Below, in pieces: positions 18,090-29,218 of a DNA stretch of 64,000 bases. The translations under genes and the position numbers were made by a program. The notes under the pieces are model-generated. The model was given only the letters and a program-made list of their open reading frames with translations. It was not told where the DNA came from and made no database searches. Source of the stretch: Eledone cirrhosa (lineage: Eukaryota). Every line of letters begins with the position of its first letter. Position 1 is the first letter of the stretch. The DNA lies in contig OZ024763.1 in assembly GCA_964016885.1 (NCBI GenBank), positions 16,678,001 to 16,742,000 of the forward strand, in the 5' to 3' direction.

Positions 18090-19700
18090 ATTGAAATGAG
18101 GTTCCTCCGAAGCGTCTTTGGAATAACGTTACTTGATAGAATGTGTAGCTCAGAGATCAGAGAGTCACTCCAGGTAGAGCTGCTACTTCTCTGAATTGAG
18201 AGATCACAGCTCTGATGCTATGGACATGTGGTTAGAATGTCTCAGGAAAGAATCACTGGACAGATGTGTAGCTCAGAGATCAGAGAGTCACTCCAGGTAG
18301 AGCTGCTACTTCTCCAAATTGAGAGATCACAGCTCTGATACTATGGACATGTGGTTAGAATGTCTCAGGAAAGAATCACTGGACAGATGTGTAGCTCAGA
18401 GATCAGAGAGTCACTCCAGGTAGAGCTGCTACTTCTCCAAATTGAGAGATTACAGTTCTGATACTATGGACAATGGTTAGAATGTCTCAGGAAAGAATCA
18501 CTGGACAGATTTGTAGCTCAGAGATCAAAGAGTCACTCCAGGTAGAGCTGTTACTTCTCTGAATTGAGAGATCACAGCTCCGATACTATGGACATGTGGT
18601 TAGAATGTCTCAGGAAAGATTCACTGGACAGATTTGTAGCTCAGAGATCAAAGAGTCACTCCAGGTAGAGCTGTTACTTCTCTGAATTGAGAGATCACAG
18701 CTCTGATACTATGGACATGTGGTTAGAATGTCTCAGGAAAGAATCACTGAACAGATTTGTAGCTCAGAGATCAGAGAGTCACTCCAGGTAGAGCTGCTAC
18801 TTCTCCAAATTGAGAGATCACAGCTCCGATACTATGGACAATGGTTAGAATGTCTCAGGAAAGAATCACTGGACAGATTTGTAGCTTGGAGATCAGAGAG
18901 TCACTTCAGGTAGAACTGCTACATCTCTTTATTGAGAGATCACAGCTCTGATACTATGACCATGTGGTTAGAATGTCTCAGGAAAGAATCACTGGACAGA
19001 TTTGTAGCTCAGAGATCAGAGAGTCACTCCAGGTAGAGCTGCTACTTCTCCAAATTGAGAGATTACAGTTCTGATACTATGGACAATGGTTAGAATGTCT
19101 CAGGAAAGAATCACTGGACAGATTTGTAGCTCAGAGATCAAAGAGTCACTCCAGGTAGAGCTGTTACTTCTCTGAATTGAGAGATCACAGCTCCGATACT
19201 ATGGACATGTGGTTAGAATGTCTCAGGAAAGAATCACTGGACAGATTTGTATCTCAGAGATCAGAGAGTCACTCCAGGTAGAGCTGCTACTTCTTCAAAT
19301 TGAAAGATCACAGCTCTGATACTATGGACATGTGGTTAGAATGTCTCAGGAAAGAATCACTGGACAGATTTGTAGCTCAGACATCAGAGAGTCACTCCAG
19401 ATAGAGCTGCTACTTCTCCAAATTGAGAGATCACAGCTCCGATACTATGGACATGTGGTTAGAATGTCTCAGGAAAGAATCACTGGACAGATTTTATGGG
19501 CAAAACCAACCGGTAAGAGACTCAGGGGTAGACCCCGAGCAAGATGGTTGGATACCATCCATGAGCTTGGCTGGTCTTGCTTGGAGATTCAACCTGATCA
19601 ATAGTAGATGGTTGCCTCTGACAGGACCTGCTGGAAGGAGTGTTTGAGGACTCTCTCCCCAAGACCCTCTCAAGAATAAGCAAGGGGAGAAGAAGAAGAA
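18090..19700 (+). mobile_element. 3' end of an RTE-clade (Rex3/Expander-like) LINE containing an internal tandem array
   Basis: EMRFLRSVFGITLLDR..SSEIRESLQVELLLLQIERSQLRYYGHVVRM...PTGKRLRGRPRARWLD..LSPRPSQE*; GAA-repeat tail; multiple stops. Confidence 0.85.
18144..19492 (+). repeat. 123-bp (41-codon) tandem array, 11 copies, derived from LINE coding sequence
   Basis: Anchor tgtagctcagagatc at 18144, 18267, 18390 and onward; some units are 122 bp. Confidence 0.95.
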
Positions 19701-20056
19701 TATAAATACTTTAAAAGAAGAGGATCACCATCATGGGGTTGAGATAATTAGGGATGGGTTCGTAATAAATGAGTGAAATAAGTAAAACACTAAGTCTTTC
19801 ATTATAAATATAGTAATGAGTTAACAGGGTTCTTTCTCAGATAGCTTTCAGAACCCTAACTAAAAAGGGCAGCACCTGGTCCCCCCTGTCAGGTGGTCGT
19901 GCTGCTGACATGAGTAAAAGCACCCAGTCCACCCTGTAAGATGGTCGCAAAAGGCTCTCAGTCCTCCCTCTATAGTTGTCACGTTGGTGACATGAAGAAA
20001 GAAAAGCCAGTCCACCCTGTGAGAGAAGGAAAGAGATTAAGCGAGAAAGAGATACA

Positions 20057-21000
20057 GAAGAAGAATCGACCTCAGTACAAGACTGGTACTTTATCAACCT
20101 TAATCCTTTAACATTTACATTACTCTATATATATTACTGTATTTTCATGGTAAAGGCTTTACGTCACATAATATCTCACATAACATTCACATTACTCTAT
20201 ATATACTATTATATTTTCATGGTAAAGGCTTTACCTCACATAATATCGAATCTATGAGATTTTGAAAGTATTTATTTTGAGAACAATACCTTAACATCAG
20301 TTTGAGTGACCAGTTACAGCCAGTTTCAACAGAAAAAGTTAGAGAATTCTGGCCGATTTTGGCCGGTTTGAACATTAAAGGGTTAAAAGGACGAAAGGCA
20401 AAGTTGACCTCAGCAGGATTTGAACTCCGAGAGAAGAAAGCTGGAATGGCTACCACAAAACATTCTATCTGACATTGATGAAAAAGTGATAGGGAAGAAG
20501 TGAGAACGATATATTGAAGAAGAATCGACCCCAGTACTCCACTGGTACTTTTTTATTGCCCTCAAAAGGATGAAAGGCAAAGTTGACCTCGGTGGGATTT
20601 GAACTCAGTGTACAGTAAGCTGGAATTAATAACTCAAAGCATTTTATCTGATGTTAAAAGAAATTTGATAGAGAGGAAGTGAGGAAGACATACAGAAGAA
20701 GAATCAACCCCAGTACTTAACTGGTACTTATTTTTTTATCAACCTCGAAAGTATGAGAGGCAAAGTTGAGCTTCACAGGATTTGAACTCAGAAAGTGCAA
20801 AGAGCTGGAATGAATGCCACAAAGAATTCTATTCAACATTGATGAAAAAGATATATTAGAAGAAGAATCAACCCCAGTACTTAACTGGTACTTTTTTTAT
20901 TGACTTTGAAGGGATGAAAGGCAAAGTTCCTCAATGGGATTTGAACTGAGAGAGCAGAGAGCTGGGATTAATACTGTGAAGTATTCTATCAGATGTTCTC
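20057..21000 (-). mobile_element. Four old, diverged, tandem SINE-B-related copies (period about 160-180 bp)
   Basis: Repeated gaagaatcgaccccagtac..actggtacttt..gatgaaaggcaaagttgacctc..ggatttgaactc. Confidence 0.75.
20104..20382. mobile_element. piggyBac-like MITE with TTAA TSD, inserted into a SINE
   Basis: TTAA at 20100-20103 and 20383-20386; ends tcctttaacattt / aacattaaaggg; host SINE sequence is contiguous across the insertion; homologous to 22079-22560. Confidence 0.78.
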
Positions 21001-21299
21001 TTTAACTCTGTCATTTCATCAACGATTGGCAGTGCATCTCATTAGAAATATGCTAATGAAGGGGTTAAATGAGATGAGTGTATGCAACAACTGTTTCTAT
21101 CATCTTTTGATGTCTGAAATGAAGATAATAGGTTTGTATTTGAGAGATGAAAGAGGTTAACATTCTTGGAACAAGAGCATACTGTTTCATGTCTTCATTG
21201 TTCTGGCAATGTCAGTAATGAATTCTCATTTAGACACAAGGCAAGCAATGTTTGGTGGGGAGGCGGGGAATTGATTGAATCGACCGATTTACTGAGTGA

Positions 21300-21740
21300 A
21301 TTCTTGTATGACCTATATGACCACTATACTGGCTGAACTGAGAACCTGTTGTATGACCAATGTGACCACTATACTGGGTGGACTGAGAACCTCTTGTATG
21401 ACCAATGTGACCACTATACTGGGTGGACTGAGAGCTTCTTGTATCACCAACACAACCACTTTACTGGGTGGGCTGGGAGCCACTTGTATCATCAACACGA
21501 CTGCTTTACTGGGTGCACTGGGTGTATTTTGATGTGACACCATCACCACTTTATTGGGTGGAGTGATAGTCTCTTATATCACCAACATGACCACCATGCA
21601 ATGTGTACTGGTTGCTTTTTGTTGTGACATTAACACAACCACCTTACAGAGTGGACTAGGTGTTTCTTGTTGTGACACCATGACCACTTTACAGAGTGGA
21701 CTGGGTGACATTTGTCATCATGACACCAACATCACCACCT
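21300..21740 (-). repeat. Diverged 45-bp tandem array (about 10 copies) related to the SINE/LINE 47-49-bp module
   Basis: ttgtatgacc anchors at 21304, 21349, 21394; reverse complement contains cacccagtccactctgtaaagtggtc. Confidence 0.75.
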
Positions 21741-21744
21741 TACC

Positions 21745-22070
21745 TCCATATAAAATGAAAGGGGCTAGATTTTGGGCTGTATTGAGAAGGGAGGATGGGC
21801 CAAGTGTAACCCAGTAACTTTACCCGCCATAGGAAGCAAAAGGGACTAAGTTTCAGTGTGTGTTGAAAAAGGGGTGTATGAAGAAGTGTTGTCCTAGCAA
21901 CGTTACACCTATAGGAAGCAAAAGGAACTTGGTTTTGGCCTGTGCTGAGAATAGAGGTGGGATGAAGTGCTATTCTAGCCACCTTACTACCACATAGGAA
22001 GCAAAAGGGACTGGATTTTGGGCCTGCATTAAGAAGGGTTAGGATGGATGAGGAAGCTAACAGTCTTACC
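21745..22070. repeat. Diverged tandem repeat of about 82 bp, 4 copies
   Basis: ataggaagcaaaagg at about 21829, 21911 and 21994. Confidence 0.75.
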
Positions 22071-22078
22071 TTCATTAA

Positions 22079-22560
22079 CCCTTTAGCATTTACATTCTAT
22101 GTATTATACATGCACCTTTGATGAGTTGTAGTGCACCTGAGCAATGTACATAATAATTTTCATTATGATTATGTATTTTCATTATTATTATGTATTTTCA
22201 TTATTATTATATATTACTCTATATTTCAAATCCCGCCAAGGTTAACTTTGCCTTTCATCCTTACGGGGGGGTCGATAAAATAAAGTACCAGTAATACACT
22301 GGGGTAATTGCTGGCCTTGTGCCAAAAGTAGAAACAATTATTATATATTACTCTATATTTACTATTGTATTTTTGTGGTAAAGGCTTTATTTCACATAAT
22401 ACCTCACATAATATCTCACATAACATTGAATCTATGAGATTTTGATATTTATTTTGAGAACAAAACCTTAATATAAGTATGAGTGGCCAGTTACAGCCGG
22501 TTTGAACCGAAAGAGGTGAGAGAACTCTGGCCGGATATGGCCGGTTTAAATGCTAAAAGG
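22079..22560. mobile_element. piggyBac-like MITE with a nested CR1 tail and SINE B
   Basis: TTAA|ccctttagcattta ... taaatgctaaaagg|TTAA; CR1 3' tail at about 22096-22168; SINE B fragment at about 22226-22336 flanked by a direct repeat attattatatattactctatattt. Confidence 0.82.
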
Positions 22561-22994
22561 TTAATCCAAATAACTACAGAAAGAACCACCAGGTACCTGG
22601 TTTGGGAACTGTCCCATTGCAAGGCCTAAAAGGTGATCTTCCATTGCCCGGTACTCCAAAGGAAGAACAGCTTAAGAAGAAGGAATATAATTTCAATGAA
22701 AACCAGCTGCTATTTCTAGCAAACTTAGTGCCTAGGAAGAGGCTCTTTTATTTGTTGGCTGGGCTAGGGGTTGGGGGGGGGGTCAGAGGGGTCAGGTTGT
22801 GTTTAGGTGAGGAAGGGGTTGTTGTACAGCTGTTGATGTCTGGAAGGGATCAAGGAGTTGTAAAGCTGGTTGAAGATAAAGTTCAAGGGATAAGGAAGGG
22901 AGTAGGGGGCTGGGTGGGGCGGGGGATGGTGGGAGGGAGACTTTGATCCAGAGTAAGAGAAAGGTTGTTGTTGTTGTTGTTGATGTGAATCAGG

Positions 22995-23141
22995 TGTGTG
23001 TGTGAGAGAGAGAGTGACAGTGTGTATGTGTGTGTGTGAGAGTGACTGTGTGTGTGTGTGTGTATGAGAGAGAGAGAGAGAGAGACAGTGTATGAGAGAG
23101 AGAGAGAGACAGTGTATGTGAGAGAGAGAGAGAGAGTGACA

Positions 23142-23173
<32 letters not shown>

Positions 23174-23203
23174 CAGTGTATGTGAGAGAGAGAGAGAGTG
23201 ACA

Positions 23204-23234
<31 letters not shown>

Positions 23235-23554
23235 TGACAGTGTGTGAGAGAGAGGCAGTGTATGTGAGAGAGAGAGAGGGTGACAGTGTGTGAGAGAGAG
23301 AGAGGCAGTGTATGTGAGAGATACAGTGTGAGAGAGAGAGAGAGACAGTGTATGTGAGAGAGAGAGACAGTGTATGTGAGAGAGAGAGAGAGAGAGAGAC
23401 AGTGTGAGAGAGAGAAAGAGAGAGAGTGACAGTCTGTGTGTATGTGAGAGAGAGAGATAGTGTGACTGTGTGAGAGAGAGACAATGTATGTGAGAGAGAG
23501 ACAGTGTTTGAGAGAGAGAGAGTGACAGTCTGTGTGAGAGAGAGAGAGACAGTC

Positions 23555-23598
<44 letters not shown>

Positions 23599-23610
23599 TG
23601 TGAGAGAGGA
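22995..23610. repeat. (GA)n/(GT)n compound minisatellite with 'gacagtgt' anchors
   Basis: Direct reading. Confidence 0.9.
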
Positions 23611-23729
23611 GGTGGTTGTGTGAATGTTTAAACAATATGGCTTCTGTGATCTTACAGACTACAACCTTTAGGACATGATGTAACAATAGAGAGATCAGGG
23701 TTAGAGATAGGAGGGGAGAAGGGGTGTCT

Positions 23730-23731
<2 letters not shown>

Positions 23732-23772
<41 letters not shown>

Positions 23773-24087
23773 TGTATGTATTGCATGTATGTATAATATA
23801 CACACACACACACATATATATATATATGTCTGTATGTATTGCATGTATGTATAATACACACACACACACATATATATATATGTCTGTATGTATTGCATGT
23901 ATGTATAATATACACACACATATATATATATATATATGTCTGTATGTATTGCATGTATGTATAATATACACACACATATATATATATATATATATGTCTG
24001 TATGTATTGCATGTATGTATAATATACACACACACACGCACATATATATATATATATATGTCTGTATGTATTGCATGTATGTATAAT

Positions 24088-24121
<34 letters not shown>

Positions 24122-25161
24122 GTCTGTATGTATTGCATGTATGTATAATATACACACACACACACATATATACACACACATATATATATATATATGTCTG
24201 TATGTATTGCATGTATGTATAATATACACACACATATATATATATATATATGTCTGTATGTATTGCATGTATGTATAATATACACACACATATATATATT
24301 ATTAACCATGTTGCCAACAACAACCCTAAACACCCACAAAATTGTTAACCATGTTGCCAACAACAACCCTGAGTGCCTTTTTGATTTCCATGTGTCTAAC
24401 ACACGTGGGCATGCCCACAAAGTAAGAAAACAGCACAGTTCCCATGACTTTCGGAAACATTTTTTCACGCTCAGAGTTGCTGAAGCATGGAACAAACTAC
24501 CTGCAGCAGTTGTTAGCTGTCGAGACACTGCATCCTTTAAGGCCTCCATGGAACAAACTACCTGCATCAGTTGTTAGCTGTCGAGACGCTGCATCCTTTA
24601 AGGCCTCCATGCTTCCCGAGATCCGCCAACACTACAGCTAACACATACAAACATGTACTTCCAAGGCATTTGTGTATTATTCTATGTACTATATTGACGA
24701 GTTGTAGTGCACCTGAGCACTTTACACAATAATTTCATTATTATTATATATGTCTGTATGTATTGCATGTATGTATAATATACACACACATATATATATA
24801 TATATATATGTCTGTATGTATTGCATGTATGTATAATACACACACACACACGCACATATATATATATATATATGTCTGTATGTATTGCATGTATGTATAA
24901 TACACACACACACACATATACACACACACATATATATATATATATGTCTGTATGTATTGCATGTATGTATAATATACACACATATATATATATATATATA
25001 TATGTCTGTATGTATTGCATGTATGTATAATATACACACACACACGCACATATATATATATATATGTCTGTATGTATTGCATGTATGTATAATACACACA
25101 CACACACATATACACACACACATATATATATATGTCTGTATGTATTGCATGTATGTATAAT

Positions 25162-25195
<34 letters not shown>

Positions 25196-25270
25196 GTCTA
25201 TGTATTGCATGTATGTATAATACACACACACACACACACACATACATATATATATATACACACACATATA
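23732..25270. repeat. Minisatellite tatgtctgtatgtattgcatgtatgtataata(ca)n(ta)n, about 19 copies, split by a CR1 insertion
   Basis: Near-invariant ~30-bp anchor present on both sides of 24301-24748. Confidence 0.92.
24301..24748 (+). mobile_element. CR1-clade LINE 3' fragment
   Basis: [35 protein letters not shown] is a CR1 C-terminal motif; internal duplications; 3'UTR ..gacgagttgtagtgcacctgagcac. Confidence 0.9.
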
Positions 25271-25438
25271 TACAGAGAGTGAGAGAGATTCTATCTATCT
25301 ACCTATCTATCTATATATATTTTACACGACTGTATGTAAAATCCCTGGCATATGTCTTTGTATTGTCCCCTTTTCTTGTGCGCCCTTGTGGCAAATAAAG
25401 AAAAATATATATATGTGTGTGCGTATAGACACACTATA

Positions 25439-25469
<31 letters not shown>

Positions 25470-25521
25470 GTATATATGTATATATGAGAAAAACTTGCTG
25501 CGGGGTTTGCTAATGGGTTAC

Positions 25522-25636
25522 ATATGAATAAAATTAGTCCTTCATCAGTGATCATCCAACCATCATTGGTCTTTAAAGCGATGAAATACCAATGATGGTT
25601 GGAAGATCACTGATGAAGGACTAACTTTATTCATAT
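25522..25636. repeat. Fold-back palindrome with ~47-bp arms; end of a putative Penelope-like element
   Basis: atatgaataaa.ttagtccttcatcagtgatc.tccaaccatcattgg and its inverse; the right half recurs at 26183-26253. Confidence 0.85.
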
Positions 25637-25654
25637 ATATGTATATATATATAT

Positions 25655-25990
25655 ATTAGAAAGTGAGGTTTTCTTTACAAAATCAAAAATAACAGAGGTG
25701 TCCTGCACGAGTGAAAGTATAAGGAAAAAAGATGAAATAAAAAATGCAACTGGAGTCTTATTTTTAAAAAAATCTATATATTTATTTGGTTCCTTTACAG
25801 GTTTCGCAGTTCTTCTGCTTTTCAAAAGTAGAGTTGAGGTGGAGGGTCTGTGGTTTTTCCCAGACCCTCCACCTCAACTCTACTTTTGAAAAGCAGAAGA
25901 ACTGCGAAACCGGTAAAGGAACCAAATAAATATATAGATTTTTTTAAAAATAAGACTCCAGTTGCATTTTCGATTTCATCTTTTTTTCTT
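25655..25990. mobile_element. Palindromic non-autonomous element (~125-bp arms) with a hammerhead-like motif in each polarity
   Basis: Inverted arms around loop tggtttttcc; second copy at 40752-41086; flanked by (TA)n. Confidence 0.8.
25883..25918 (+). ncRNA. Putative minimal type I hammerhead ribozyme, U3-A8 core variant
   Basis: ctt-TTGAAAA-gcag aagaa ctgc-GAAA-ccggt-A-aag; stem II 4 bp, palindromic stem III ACCGGT, GUA triplet; stem I only 3 bp. Confidence 0.55.
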
Positions 25991-26255
25991 TATATATATA
26001 TATATATATATATATTTCACGATTTCACCGAACTTATATTCATGGAAATTTGGGACTTGACTCGTTCTTCCTCACTTTTCGTTGCTTCACCATATCTTTG
26101 TTTGTTTACACCCTCGTGTCCCCTTTATTTACGTGTCCCAACGACATTTTTTAGCCGTTGCTCGCACCAACCGGAGGTATATGGTCTTTAAAGCGATGAA
26201 ATACCAATGATGGTTGGAAGATCACTGATGAAGGACTAACTTTATTCATATATAT

Positions 26256-26845
26256 ATCATCATCATCATCATCGTTTAATGTCCATGTTCCACGCTTGCA
26301 TGGGTTTGGACGGGAGTTTTCCCACTTGAGGCAAGAGTGGTTGTCTAGCTCGCATAGGACTGTCTGGCGGGTTTTCTATGGCTGGATGCCCTTCCTAACA
26401 CCAACCACATTTACAGTGTGGAGCTGGGAGGTTTTTACCGTGTTACCTACACGGCCACATTACAGCGTGGACTGTGTGTTTTTTGTCGTGACACCTACAC
26501 GACCTCATTTATTTCGGCCTGGATGTTGTGGCACCAACATAACTTTACATTGAAAGGGGCGGTGTGGATGGGGTGGTGGTGGTGGTGGGACGAGGGTGTA
26601 TTTTGTTAGAGATGCCTACTGACTGTAGTAGGTTTTACTTTGTATTTAGGTAACGCAGGTCTTCTCTATTACTGTGTACCGCCAAAGATCTCGGTCCAGT
26701 GACATTGTCTTGGAGAGGTGTAAGTGTGTGAGGTCGGAATTTATCAGTTCGTCCCAGGTTTTTCTGGGTCTGCCTACTCCATGGCTACCGTCTATCTTTA
26801 TTGCCCTGCACTTTGTTATACAGCTGTCGTCTTTCATGCGCATCA
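26256..26845 (-). mobile_element. 5'-truncated copy of RTE family A (ORF end plus 3'UTR)
   Basis: [32 protein letters not shown] is nearly identical to the end of ORF 60252-61826; same 3'UTR and (GAT)n tail. Confidence 0.93.
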
Positions 26846-26999
26846 TATATATATATATATATATACAGACACCCTATCTGTCAATGTAGGTTCAACTCCT
26901 GTCTACTTCACAAACTCCCTTTTAGTTGTCAACCTGTTTTATTGGAGTTTGTAAAGACATTCTTCTCTACTATTTCTTCCTGACCCCCAAAACCCCTTC

Positions 27000-27834
27000 T
27001 CATCCACCCCACCACCACCACAACCCATTATCCACCCCACCACCACCCATTATCCACCCCAGCCCCATCCCAATATCCACCCCCACCCATTATCCACCCC
27101 ACCCCATCCCAATATCCACCACCACCCATTATCCACCCCATCACCACCCATTATCCACCCCACCACCACCCAATATCCACCCCACCACCACCCAATATCC
27201 ACCCCACCACCACCCAATATCCACCCCACCACCACCCAATATCCACCCCACCACCACCCAATATCCACACCACCACCACCACCCAATATCCACCCCCCAC
27301 ACATTACCCCCCCCAATATCCCCCCACCCACTATCACACCCCCCTCCATCTTGCTCTCTATTATCATCTTCAGCAACATTACTAACATCATCATTGCCAT
27401 CACCACTGTATGTGTATCTGTGAGTGTATGTGTGTGTGTATGTATGTATGTATGTGTGTGTATCTATGTATGTGTGTGTATGTAGGTATGTGTGTCTGTA
27501 TGTATTTGTGTATGTGTGTGTGTATGTATGTGTATGTATGTATGTGTGTGTATCTATGTATGTAGGTATGTGTGTCTGTATGTATCTGTGTATGTGTATG
27601 TGTGTATGTATGTAAGCATGTGTATGTAGGTATGTGTGTCTGTATGTATCTGTGTGTGTGTATATGTATGTGTGTATGTATGTGTATGTATGCATATATG
27701 TATGTATCTATGTATGCATGTGTATGTAGGTATGTGTGTATGTATGTATGTGTGTGTGTGTATCTATGTATGCATGTGTATGTAGGTATGTGTGTCTGTA
27801 TGTGTATATGTATGTGTATATGTATGTGTGTATG

Positions 27835-27866
<32 letters not shown>

Positions 27867-28105
27867 TGTATGTATGTATGTATCTATGTATGTATGTGTG
27901 TGTATGTAGGTATGTGTGTCTGTATGTATCTATCTGTGTATATGTATGTGTGTATGTATGTGTATGTATGTAGGTATGTGCGTGTATCTATGTATGCATG
28001 TGTATGTAGGTATGTGTGTCTATGTATCTGTGTATGTGTATATGTATATGTGTATGTATGTGTATGTATGCATATATGTATGTATGCATATATGTGTGTG
28101 TGTGT
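27000..28105. repeat. C-rich minisatellite (cccaatatccaccccaccacca) followed by (TATG)n/(TG)n
   Basis: Direct reading. Confidence 0.9.
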
Positions 28106-28464
28106 GTGCCTTTGTTGACTTGACAAAGGCCTTTGACTCCGTCAATCGAACTGCATTGTGGAAAATTTCAGAAAAGCTTGGATGCCCTCCAAAGTTTGTG
28201 AAGATTCTGCGTCTTTTTCATGATGACAGGAAGGCTTGGGTCAGTATTGGTGGTAGCATCTCTGAATCAATATCAGTTGAAAATGGAGTGAAGCAGGCCG
28301 ACATTCTGGCTCCAGCTCTGTTTTTTCCCTATATTTTACGATAGTGTCTCTCATGGCATTCAGGAAGAATTGTTCGCATGGGGGTTTGCGTCAGGTATCA
28401 CACTTCAAGGAGGGTGCTCGACATCCGGCGCTTTGGTGCAAGCACAAAGGTATTAACATCTATA

Positions 28465-28654
28465 ATAGCAAGTATTGGACTGGCAGTATCGGTAGAGGGT
28501 CGGACGCCATGCTTTCCAGCATAGTTACGTCCCTTTATGATCTGAGTTCAAATCCCGCCGAGGTTGACTTTGCCTTTCATCCTTACGGGGTCGATAAAAT
28601 AAAGTACCAGTAATGCACTGGGTATTTGCTGGCCTTGTGCCTAAAGTAGAAACA
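28465..28654 (+). mobile_element. SINE family B inserted in RTE-C, 13-bp TSD
   Basis: TSD attaacatctata at 28452-28464 and 28655-28667. Confidence 0.9.
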
Positions 28655-28914
28655 ATTAACATCTATACTTGCCTCAAGTGGGAAAATTCCCGTCCAAACC
28701 CATGCTAGCGTGGAAGATGGACGTTAAACGATGATGATGATGAATTTGAGAGTTTTTGTATGCAGATGACTGCGATCTTTTTGCACACTCACAAAGTGAC
28801 ATGCAGTGAGGCCCAAAGCGCTGCAAGCTTCAGGAAAAGAGTTCATAATATGCTGCATGTCACTATGTGAGTGTGTGAAAAGATCGCAGTCATCTGCATA
28901 CAAAAACTCTTGTA

Positions 28915-29218
28915 TTTACGAGGTTAACTTTGCCTGTCATCCTTACGGGGGTCGATAAAATAAAGTACCAGTAATGCACTGAGTAATTGCTCGCCTTGTG
29001 CCTAAAATAGAAACAATTATAATACAAGGCGGTGGATTGGCAGTATCGGTAGAGGGTTGGACGCCATGCTTTGATGCATAGAGTTACGGTCCTTGCCATT
29101 CTGAGTTCAAATCCCGCCGAGGTTTACTTTGCCTTTCATCCTTACGGGGTCGATAAAATAAAGTACCAGTAATGCACTGGGTAATTGCTGCCCTTGTGCC
29201 AAAAGTAGAAACAATTAT
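28915..29218 (+). mobile_element. Two tandem SINE B copies (truncated plus full-length) inside RTE-C
   Basis: Full copy begins ggcggtggattggcagtatcggtagag at about 29028; B-box gagttcaaatcc. Confidence 0.88.
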
